Below are positions 12,401 to 24,400 of a DNA stretch of 64,000 nt, one piece after another. The notes below the pieces were generated by a model. It made no database searches and had not been told where the DNA came from. It saw only the letters and a program-made list of their open reading frames with translations. Both the position numbers and the translations under genes were made by a program. Each line of letters opens with the position of its first letter. The first letter of the stretch is position 1. Source of the DNA: Scyliorhinus canicula (Eukaryota). The stretch spans positions 32,343,990 through 32,407,989 of the forward strand of contig NC_052158.1 of assembly GCF_902713615.1 (NCBI RefSeq), written 5' to 3'.

Positions 12401-15400
12401 ATTAATATTGAAGTAAAGGGTTTAAAATTGGAAGAATTAAAATTGAAGTAAAGGGTTTAAAATTGGAAGAAATAAAATTGAAGTTCCTGTCCTGAAGGTC
12501 ATTTGTGGATCTAGTTCGGTTATTACTTGTTATGTGGAGGAGCAGATTTATTTGTTGACAAATAGGTGTGTTGGTAATTGAGTAACTTGTGGATCTAGTT
12601 AGTCGGTAATTACTTGTTATGTATGAAGAGGCGTTGCGTTGGTAATTGAGTAATTTGTGGATCTAGTTAGTCGGTAATTACTTGTTATGTATTTGTTTTT
12701 ATTATTATTGTGGGCTGGCGATGAGTTGGGCTGGCGATGAGTTGGGCTGGCGATGAGTTGGGCTGGCGATGAGTCGGCAGCGATGAGTCGGCCGCAATGA
12801 GTCGGCCGCAATGAGTTGTCCTAGACCCCGGTAGCACAATGGTTCACATTGTTGCTTCACAGCTCCAGGGTTCCAGGTTTAATTCCCGGCTTGGATCGCT
12901 GTCTGTGCGGAGTCTGCACATTGTCCCCATGTCTGTATGGGTTTCCTCCGGGTGCTCCGGTTTCCTCCCACAAGTCTCCAAAGACATGCTGATAGGTAAT
13001 TTGGACATTCTGAATTCTCCCTCAGGTGTACCTGAACAGGCGCCGGGAATGTGGCGACTAGGGGCTTTTCACAGTAACTTCATTATAATGTTAATGTAAG
13101 CCTACTTGTAACAATAAAGATTATTAATATTGTCTGTAAAATGTTGACTGGAACTGCACACGGAATTCTAAATGTGTCTAACCAAGGTTTGATACAGGTT
13201 TAGCATAATATTCCGAATTTACAATTCTACCCCTCGAGAAATAAAGCCTGGTTTTCGGTTTGCTTTATTATGGCCTTGTGCAAACTGTAACGTCAAGTTT
13301 ACTGATTGCTTGTACACCGAGATCCCTTTGTTCCTGACCCCATCCAGATTTGCTCCTTCCAAGAAAGATGTGACCTCCCTGTTCATCCTTCATGAAAACT
13401 ACCTCACGTTTATCTGTGCTGAACGTCATTCACCAATTATTTGCCCATCCTATAAGTTTATAATGTCCTATTCATTTGTTGCAATCCTGCTCAGTATCAA
13501 CTAATCCCACCCAATCCGGTGTCATCTGCAAATTGAGAAATGGTGTTTTTGATTCCCTGTCCAAATCATTGAATGTAAATTGTGAACAGCGGTGATCCCA
13601 GCACTGATCCTTGTGGAACACCACTTTCCACCTTCTGCACTCTGAATAATGCTCCATCACTCTCGCGCTCTGCTTTCTACCTTCAAGATGTGGAGATGCT
13701 GGCGTTGGACTGGGGTGAGCACAGTAAGAAGTCTCACAACACCAAGTTAAAGTCCGACACGTTTGTTTCGGAGAGCAGCTCCTTCATCAGCAGAGTGAAG
13801 AGGTGGGTTCCACAAACACAGAGAGACAAATTCAATGATGCAAGATGACTACTGACGTTCAAGGAAAAATGTAATGTTTGAAGGATATGTCTTTCGTATG
13901 CGGTCACAAAAATCAGGCAAAGATCGGACTCTTTTGTAACAGACTTGCGTCTTAAAGCACAATCCTACAATTTTGCAGACCTGCAGGATTCTCGAGTCAA
14001 GGACCAATTGTTTGTGGACTTAAAAGTGCCACGTTACGCAAACGAATGTGATGTGACTTTATCCAATGAAATATGGATATGCAAGGCCAGCGAAGTTGAT
14101 TTGCAACAACCCACTGGAATTCAAGCACAGGGAAATGGTGTGAAACAAGAAAGCGAGACCGACGCCATCCTTGCGGTGTTGCAGCAAAACTACAAACGTG
14201 GTCAGCATGTTGACCGTCATGTTAGAGGACCATCAGAGCATGCCACTTTGTGTCCCAGGTGTGACAGAATGCACAGCCCAAGTAAATACTCTACACATGT
14301 TAAACCTGCAACCAATGTGCCAGAATAAGTCACTTTGTGTGCCGATCTATGCTCACTGAAACAGGCCAGCAGCTCAAGTGCATCGACGTAGGAAACCGAC
14401 ATCCTCTGGGTCGAGTTCTAGGAGTCCGGGCTTGAGGGCTGCTTCCATGATTTCTTCGACTGTTTCCTGAGTATATTAAATTGTTGGAACCAACAATTCT
14501 ATGGACACGGGCTTGTAGGATTAGAATAGCGGTTTTAATATACTCACAACAGAGCCAGCCGGTTAGCCATTGAACTTTCGGTGAACTGGCTGGCTGGCCA
14601 TGTGGCACTGATCTTTATACAGCAGCTCCAGGAGGAGGAGTCCTGGGCGGAACCAAGGGAGAAGCCCAGTACAATTCTCGAGCATTCCCAGAGCTACTCC
14701 CCCTGGTGGTCAGGTAGTGCAACTGCACTTACAATTTAGGCACATGTATATACAGATTATAATCCGGTGTGAATCACATTCACCACAGTGTCGCACTGTA
14801 ATATCCCAGGACACACTGAGCCCTACATACGTAACATCTCAGGATATTGTCATACTGTAATGTCCCTGTATATACTTAACCCTGTCGCACTGTAATACCT
14901 CAGGAAACACTGGTTGGTGTTGTATTGTAATAGCCCAGGACACACTGGGTATGTCCTACTGTAATATCCCAGGATACACCGGGCCCTGGCCCTCCTATAA
15001 TATCCCAAGGTGCTCTGGACCCTGTCACACGAATATCTCAGGGTACACCGGCATGAGCTGGGATACACCAGGCCTTGCCCCACTAATAATAAGAATATTA
15101 ATAACAATCACTTATTGTCACAAGTAGGCTTCAATGAAGTTACTGTGAAAATCCCCTAGTCGCCACATCCCGGCCCCCCTCTAGCAATATCCCAGGATAC
15201 ATCCCAGGAAACTCCAAAAGCCATGAATGTAGCCCAATCCATCATGGAAACCAGCCTCCCATCCATTGACTGTCTACAATTCCCGCTGCCTCGGAAAGGC
15301 AACCAGCATAATTAAGGACCCCATGCACCCCGGGCATACTCTCTTCCACCTCTTCAGTCAGGAAAAATATACAAAAGTTTGAGGTCACGCACCAACCGAC

Positions 15401-18400
15401 TGAAGAACAGCTTCTTCCCTACTGCCATCAGGCTTATGAATGGACCTACGTCGCATTAAGTTGATCTTTTCTCTGCACCCGAGCTAACTGTAACTCTGCA
15501 ATCCCTCCTTCTTTCCCTATGTACAGTATGTGTTATCTGTACAGCATACAATAAACTATACTTTTCACTATATACTAATACTTGTGACAATAATAAATCA
15601 AATCAAATAAAGAAACACCAGGCACTGTCCATCCAGCAAAATCCCAGATACACCAGACACGGTCCATCCTGCAACATCCCAGGTTAGATCAGACCCTGTC
15701 GTACTGTAATATCACTGGACATACCGGGCCTGTTCCCCTGTACTATCCCAGGATACTCTAGGCTCTGTCCCTCCTATAATACCCCAGGGTACTCCAGATA
15801 CTGTCACACTAATATCACAAGGTACACTGTCCCTAGAGGATACACCAGGCACCGCCACTTCAGCAATATCCCAGATACACCAGCTACTATCCCTCCTGCC
15901 ATACTCCAGCATATACCAGGCACTATTCCTCCTTCAATATTCTAGATTACATCAGGCCCTGTCACACAGCAATATCCCAGGATATACCGGGACAATTTGT
16001 GCAGTAATTTCCCAAGATACACTGGGCCCTGACATACTGTAATATCCCAGGATACACTGGGCCCTGTCACACTGTAATATCCCAGGATAGTGTGGGCCCT
16101 GTCATACTGTAATATCCCAGGATAGTGTGGGCCCTGTCATACTGTAATATCCCAGGATACACTGGGCCCTGTCATACTGTAATATCCCAGGATACACTGG
16201 GCCCTGTCACACTGTAATATCCCAGGATAGTGTGGGCCCTGTCATACTGTAATATCCCAGGATAGTGTGGGCCCTGTCATACTGTAATATCCCAGGATAC
16301 ACTGGGCCCTGTCATACTGTAATATCCCAGGATACACTGGGCCCTGTCATACTGTAATATACCAGGATACACTGGGCCCTGTCATACTGTAATATCCCAG
16401 GATAGTGTGGGCCCTGTCATACTGTAATATCCCAGGATAGTGTGGGCCCTGTCATACTGTAATATCCCAGGATACACTGGGCCCTGTCATACTGTAATAT
16501 CCCAGGATACACTGGGCCCTGTCATACTGTAATATCCCAGGATACTCTGAGCCCTGTCATACTGTAATATACCAGGATAGTGTGGGCCCTGTCATACTGT
16601 AATATCCCAGGATAGTGTGGGCCCTGTCATACTGTAATATCCCAGGATACACTGGGCCCTGTCATACTGTAATATCCCAGGATACACTGGGCCCTGTCAT
16701 ACTGTAATATCCCAGGATACACTGGGCCCTGTCATACTGTAATATCCCAGGATACACTGGGCCCTGTCATATTCTAATATCCCAGGACACACTGAGCCCT
16801 ACATACGTAACATCTCAGGATATTTTCCGACTGTAATGTCCCTGTACATACTTAACCCTGTCGCACTGTATTATCTCAGGAAACACTGGGTGGTGTTATA
16901 TTGTAATAGCCCAGGATACACCGGGCCCTGGCCCTCCTATAATAGCCCAAGGTGCTCTGGACCCTGTCACACAAATATCTCAGGGTACACCGGCATGAGC
17001 TGGGATACACCAGGCCTTGCCCCTCTAATAATAAGAATATTAATAACAATCACTTATTGTCACAAGTAGGCTCCACTGAAGTTACTGTGAAAAGCCCCTA
17101 GTCACCACATTCCGGCCCCCCTCTAGCAATATCCCAGGATACATCCCAGGAAACTACAAAAGGTCATGAATGTAGCCCAATCCATCATGCAAACCAGCCT
17201 CCCATCCATTGACTGTCTACAATTCCCGCTGCCTCGGAAAGGCAACCAGCATAATTAAGGACCCCACGCACCCCGGGCATACTCTCTTCCACCTCTTCCG
17301 TCAGGAAAAAATACAAAAGTTTGAGGTCACGCACCAACTAACTGAAGAACAGCTTCGTCCCTACTGCCATCAGGCTTTTGGACCTACTTCGTATTAAGTT
17401 GATCTTTTCTCTGCACCCTAGCTAACTGTAACTCTGCTATCCCTCCTTCTTTCCCTATGTACAGTATGCGTTGTCAGTACAGCATACAATAAACTATACT
17501 TTTCACTATATACTAATACATGTGACAATAATAAATCAAATCAAATAAGGAAACACCAGGCACTGTCCATCCAGCAAAATCCCAGATACACCAGACACGG
17601 TCCATCCTGCAACATCCCAGGTTACATCAGACCCTGCCGTACTGTAATATCACTGGACATACCAGGCCTGTCCCTCTGTACTATCCCAGTATCTCTAGGC
17701 TCTGTCCCTCCTATAATACCCCAGGGTACTCCAGACACTGTCACACTAATATCACAAGGTACACTGTCCCTAGAGGATACACCAGGCACCGCCACTCAGC
17801 AATATCCCAGATACACCAGCTACTATCCCTCCTGCCATACTCCAGCATACACCAGGCACTATTCCTCCTTCAATATTCTAGATTACATCAGGCCCTGTCA
17901 CACAGCAATATCCCAGGATATACCGGGACAATTTGTGCAGTAATTTGCCAGGATACACTGGATCCTGTCATACTGTAACATTCCAGGATTCAATGGGCCC
18001 TGTACATCTTATAATATCCCAGGATTCTATGGGCACTGTCATGCTGTAATATCCAAAAATACCCAGGCCCTGATCTGCTATAATGCACAAAGATACACCA
18101 GATACTGTCCTACTCTAATATCTCATGATACATTGGATCCTCTCGACCTGTAATATCCCAGGACACACTGGGCCCTGTTATACTCTAATACCCCAGGATA
18201 AACCAGGCCCAGTCCTACCGTAATATCCCATGAAACTGAATCCTGTTGCACTGCAATACTCCAGTATTGCCCTGTCCCTGCTTTTATATCCCAGGATACA
18301 CTGGGCCCTGTCATACTATAATATGACAGGATATAACAGGCTCTATCATTCTTCCAATGTCCCAGGATACACCGGGCCCTGTCCCTGCTGTAATACCCCA

Positions 18401-21400
18401 GCCTACACCAGGCCCTGACCACCTGGGTGTCATGTCAGAAACATGGAGGAAAAGATTGTATTTATTATGATTATGCCCTGAACACTCCTTTTTTCCTCAT
18501 CCTTGTCCCCTGTTTATTGTGAGATTGAAAAAAGTAGATTTTGTGAAATCCCTCGTGATTCTGTTTTCACCTTGCCCAGAATTTGCGGTGCAGTTATTCA
18601 TAGAGGATTGGAACACACCAAATTTATGGGCTGGGGGAAAAATGACACCATTTATAAAGAGGAATCTCAGAATATTTTAAAAATTAATGTTCTGTTTGTA
18701 AATGAGTAGTGAGCAGGGAAATCAGGGCAGTTTTCATTGACCACCCTCACCGTCCACAACATGGGGTAAACCAGGCCCTGTCCTAATGTAATACCCGAGG
18801 ATACACTGCCCTGTCATACTGTAATATCCCAGCGTACCCCGACCTACTATACTATCCAATGATACACCAGAAACTGTCCTACCATAAATTCCCATGATTC
18901 ACTGGATCTTGTCAATCTGTAGTATCCCAGGATACACTGGGACATGTTGTACTGTAATACCCCAGGGCTGCATAGCGCCACAGTGGGTAGCACTGTTGCC
19001 TCACAGTGCCAAGGACCCGGGTTCAATTCTGTAATTGGGTGACTGTCTATGTGGAGCTTGTACATTCGTCCCACGTCTGCGCGGTTTCCTCCAGGTGCTC
19101 TGGTTTCCTCCCACAATCCAAAGCTGTGCAGTCGGTGGATTGACCAGGCAAAATTCCCCATTAGTGTCCAAAGGTTAAGTGGGGTGTGGTGAACCACTGT
19201 GCACCTGTATTAGGGGATGTAAGGTAGGACCTGTACTACAAGTTCGCCGGTAGCCCCTGCCGGCTGGCTCCGCCCGGTAGGAGTATAAATATGCGTGTCC
19301 TCCATTGATCTGCCATTTTGCCAGCTGCAGCAAGAGGCCACGCATCTGACTGCAATAATGTCACAGTTGTACCCAACCTTAGTCTTTGTGCAATTGATCG
19401 TGCATCATGGGGTTATGGAGAAAGGGCAGGGAGTGGGCCTAGGTCAGGTGCTTCTGCTCTGTGGCAATTCAATGCTTCTTCTACGATACACTGGGCCGTG
19501 TTGTGCTGTAATATCTCAAGATAAACCAGGCTCTTTCCTCCCGTAATAACCCCAAGATGCACTGTGCCGTGTCATATCACTTTACAATATCCCAGGGTAC
19601 ATCTGGCCTGTCCTGTTATACAGCTCCATGCCTTGCCCCTCCAACAATATCCCAGATACACCAGAAAGTGTCCACCCTGCAACACTGCAGGATACAACAA
19701 GCACTAACCCTCCTGTAATATCTGTAGCCACCTGGGGTGACCACTGCCCAACACAAAATGGAAGATTGCAAGGAATGCAGGGAAATTGGACATGTTATAA
19801 AGCAAGCAGCTTGCAAAGCGCTTGTATATTCAGTCTACTGCAGAAACCAGTTTTGACTGCTGCAGAAAGCAGACAGCACTATGAAAAGAAAACAGTTAGC
19901 ATACTAATGAGGCGATACCAGGCGATCCCCAGAAACAATGGAAACAAGTTAAACACAGATCGATACATTCAATGGAAGGCCAGACTTTTTGGCGCCAAAG
20001 AAGCCCAAAACAATAAGTCCCGAGAACCGCCCCAGTGATCAAGGAATTGCCCCGCTATTGGGGAATTCAAATCAATCGATTGGGAAGAGACCCAATCGAT
20101 TGCGGGAGTATAGAGGGTCCGCCCAGGTGGGCACAAGACCCTGAGATGAGTATAAGACAGAGACCGCGACCCCAGCTCTCTCTCTCTCTGCCAGCCTCTC
20201 CTTGACCAGCCAGCCCCCCCAGCAGAACACCGTTGCAGCAGAAGAACCTTAAGGAGGAGAGGTCTGGACAGAAGCCGCCAGCAACTAAGTCACAATGTAC
20301 GCTGCGGGAATAGACACTCCTGGCCCCTTTTGTCCATAACTACTGGAAGCCTGCGGACCCAGGACAAATCTAGAAGCCGTTGTTCCCTGATCCGGCAGTC
20401 CCCTTGTCCAGATAAGTATTTGGCCTATTAGTGGTGGGATTAGCCTAGTCTTATAGTTTATATGCATGATTAGTAGATTACTGTAATATAATAAATGTGT
20501 CTTGTGTGAACTTACTAATTGGTGTATGTTTTTATTGCTTTGAACTTGACCTTGAAACTTGTGGCAGTATCTTAACGATACCTGGCGACTCCAAAGCTAA
20601 GTAACGAAACAGAGGCAAATTGAGTTTTAAGCACACTCACCCAGAACGAGCAACATAGCCCAGTATACAGCAGGCTCTGTTGTAATGTAACATCCAGGAA
20701 TATATCTGGACCTTTCATACAGTAATTTTCAGGGTTCACTGGATCCTGTCAGACTGTAACATTCCAGTATGACAGGATCCAGTGCACCCTGACAAATTAC
20801 TGTATGAAAGGTCCAGATATATTCTTGGATGTTTCATATACATTCCAGGGTACAACAGGCCCTGTTTTACTGTAATATCCCAGGTGGGGCATGTTGCACA
20901 GTAAATCCCCGGACACACAATCACTGTCCTCCAATAGAGGCTCCATGGTATGTTAGAGTTCAATATTTATTTGCTCTCTGTGTCCTGGGCTACAGCCTGA
21001 ACTGGTGAACAGCTCAGCACTGACCCTCCCTCCTGTGATCCTAATCTGAGGCTGTGTCCCTCTAACAGTGAGAAATGGTCTTACCATAAATCACCACCAG
21101 TGTCTCATTCAGTCCGCTGTGTTCCACCCGACAGGAATACTCAGCCTGGTCCTCCGGATCAAACTCCACCCATTTCCGGATCTGGTAGGTACTGTCGTGA
21201 TTGGGTAAGATCCCACTAGACAGGGTCTCACCAATCACAAATCCATTCCTGCACAGATTCACATCGATGGCTTGAGGGTAAAACGCGGTGACGACACAGG
21301 ATAGCCGGTTGGAATCACCCAGACGGGTAAATGACACGAAAGGGGCAACTGAGAGAGAAACAAAGAGGAATCAGTGTTGGAAACTCGAGAGAGAGAACCG

Positions 21401-24400
21401 CAGGCATACCCCCTTCACCGACTCAGTCCGCCCCTCACTCACCGACTCTCAGTCCCCCCCCCCACTCACCGACTCTCAGTCCCAGCTCACTCACCGACTC
21501 TCAGTCCCTCCCTCACTCACCGACTCTCAGTCCCCCCCCTCACTCACCGACTGTCAGTCCCCCCCTCACTCACCGACTCTCAGTCCCCCCTCGCTCACTG
21601 ACACTCAGTCCCCCCCTCACTCACTAACTCTCAGTCCCTCCCTCACTCACCGACTCTCAGTCCCCCCTCGCTCACCGACTCTCAGTACCCCCCTCACTCA
21701 CCGACTCTCAGTACCCCCTCACTCACCGACTATCAGTCCCCCCTCACTCACTGACTCTCAGTCTGCCCCTCACTTACCGACTCTCAGTCCCCCCTCACTC
21801 ATCAACTCTCAGTCCCCCCTCACTCACCGACTCTCAGACCCCCCCTCTCTCACCGACTCAGTCCCCCTCTCACTCACCGACTCTCGTTCCCCCCCTCACT
21901 CACCGACTCTCAGTCCCTCCCTCACTCATCAACTCTGTCCCCCCTCACTCACCGACTCGCAGTCCCCACCTCACTCACCGACTCTCAGTCCCCCCTCACT
22001 CACCGACTCTCAGTCCCCCCATACTCAGCGACTCTCAGTCCCCCCTCACTCACCGACTCTCAGTGCCCCCCCACTCACCAACTCTCAGTAATCCCCTCAC
22101 TCACCGACTCTCAGCCCCCCCATCACTCACCGACTCTCAGTCCCTCCCCTCACTCGCCGACTCTCAGTCCCCCCTCACTCACCGACTCTCAGTCCAACCC
22201 CTCACTCACCGACTCTCAGTCCCCCCCTCACTCACCGACCCTCAGTCCCCCCCACACTCACCGACTCTCTGTGCCCCCCCTCACTCACCGACTCTCAGTC
22301 CCCCCCCTCACTCACCGACTCTCAGTCCCCCCCCTCACTCACCGACTCTCAGTCCCCCCTCACTCACCGACTCTGCGTCCCTCCTCACTCACCGAATCAC
22401 AGTCTCGCCCCACACTCACCGACTCAATCCACCCCTCACTCACCGACTCTCAGTCGCCCCCCTCACACACCGACTCTCAGTCCCTCCCTTGATCATCGCC
22501 TCTCAGTCCACCCCTCACTCACCGACTCTCAGTCCCCCCCTCACTCACCGACTCTCAGTCCCCACTCACTCACCGACTCTCAGACCCCCCTCATCTCACC
22601 GACTCAGTACCCCTCTCACTCACCGACTCTCAGTTGCCCCCCCTCACTCACCGACCGCAGTCCCCACCTCACTCACCGACATCTCAGCCCCCCCCCTCAC
22701 TCACCGACTCTCAGTCCCCGCCCCATCACTTCACCGACTCTCAGTCCCCCCTCACTCACCGTACTCTCAGTCATCCCCCTCATTCACCGACTCTCAGTCC
22801 CCCCTCACTCACCGACTCTCAGTACCCCCCTCACTCACCGACTCTCAGTCCCCCCCCTCACTCACCGACTCTCAGTCCCCCCCTCACTCACCGACTCTCA
22901 GTCCCCCCCCTCACGCACCGACTCTCAGTACGCCCCCTCACTCACCGACTCTCAGTCTCCCCCCCTCACTGACCGACTCTCAGTCCCCACCCCTCACTCA
23001 CCGACTCTCAGTCCCCCCCAACTCACCGATTCTCAGTCCCCCCCTCACTCACCGACTCTCAGTCCCCCCCTCACTCAACGACTCTCAGATCCCCCCTCTC
23101 TCACCGGCTCTCAGTCCCTCCCTCGCTCACCGACTCTCAGTCATCCCCCTCACTCACCGACTCTTAGTCACACCTCGCTCACCGGCTCTCAGTCCCCCCT
23201 CACTCACCGACTCTCAATCTCCCCTCACTCACCGACTCACAGTCCCCCCTCACTCACAGACTCTAAATCCCTCCCTCACTCACCGACTCTCAGTCATCCC
23301 CCTCACCCACCGACTCTCAGAGCCCCCCCTCACTCACCGACTCTCAGTCCCTCCCTCACTCACCGACTCTCAGTCCCCCACTCACTCACCGACTCTCAGT
23401 CCCCCCCCCTCACTCACCGATTCTCAGTCCCACCCTCACTCACCAACTCTCAGTCCCCCCTCACTCACCGACTCTCAGTCCCTCCCTCACTCACCGACTC
23501 TCAGTCCCCCCCCTCACACGCCGACTCTCAGTCCCCCCCTCACTTACCGACTCTCAGTTCCCCCCTCACTCACCGATTCTCAGTCCACCCCTCACTCACC
23601 GACTCTCAGTCCCCCCCTCACTCACCGACTCTCTGTCCCCCCCCCACTCACCGACTCACAGTCCCCCCTCACTCACCGACTCTCACTCCCCCCTCACTCA
23701 CCGACTCTCAGTCCCCCCCCCCTCACTCACCGACTCTCAGTCCCCCCCCTCGCTCATCGACTCTCAGTCCCCACCCCTCACTCACCGACCCTCACTCCCC
23801 CTCAGTCACCGACTCACAACCCCCCCCCTCACTCAACGACTCTCAGTCCCTCCCTCACTCACCGACTCTCAGTCCCGCCTGACTCACCGACTCTCAATCC
23901 CCCCCTCACTCACAGACTCTCAGTCCCCCCCCTCACTCACTGACTCTCAGACCCCCCTCACTCACCGACTCTCAGTCCCCCCCCTCACTCACCGAATCTC
24001 AGTCGCCCATTCACTCACCGACTCTCAGTCCCCCCTCACTCACCGCCTCTCAGTCACTCCCTCACTCACCGACTCTCAGTCCCCTCTCACTCACCGATTC
24101 TCAGTTCCCCCTCACTCACCGACACGCAGTCCCCCCCCTCACTCACCGACTCTCAGTCCTCGCCCTCACTCACCGATTCTCAAACCCCCCCTCACTCACC
24201 GATTCTCAGTCTTCCCCCCCTTACTCACCGACAGTCCCCCCCTCGCACATCGACTCTCAGTCCCTCCCTCACTCACCGATTCTCAGTCTTCCCCCCCTTA
24301 CTCACCGACAGTCCCCCCCTCGCTCATCGACTCTCAGTCCCTCCCTCACTCACCGACTCTCAGTCCCCCCCCTCACTCACCGACCCTCACTCCCCCTCAG

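Larger units (their letters stand above)
10473..12828 (-). mobile_element. Mutator-superfamily DNA transposon with FLYWCH-MULE transposase (Phantom-like), decayed
   Basis: 9-bp TSD CGGTAGCAC (10464-10472 and 12829-12837). TIRs are built from tandem CAACTCATCGCCAGCC units. ORF pieces: GYLFIFDK..WRC..C..RIH (FLYWCH), WYVDGTFK, CDFE, GCFFH, RTNNRAE. A stop at 11786, a frameshift and a SINE insertion disrupt it. Confidence 0.92.
14805..17960. repeat. Direct duplication of a ~1.2-kb block (14805-16020 and 16782-17960)
   Basis: Both copies show the same order of degenerate satellite, SINE tail fragment and Rex1-type LINE 3' end, at an offset of about 1.94-1.98 kb. Confidence 0.9.

Noticed and set aside
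16010-16795. CRISPR-like regular 35-bp repeats
   Set aside because: Head-to-tail tandem units with no unique spacers, no cas genes, and a vertebrate context.
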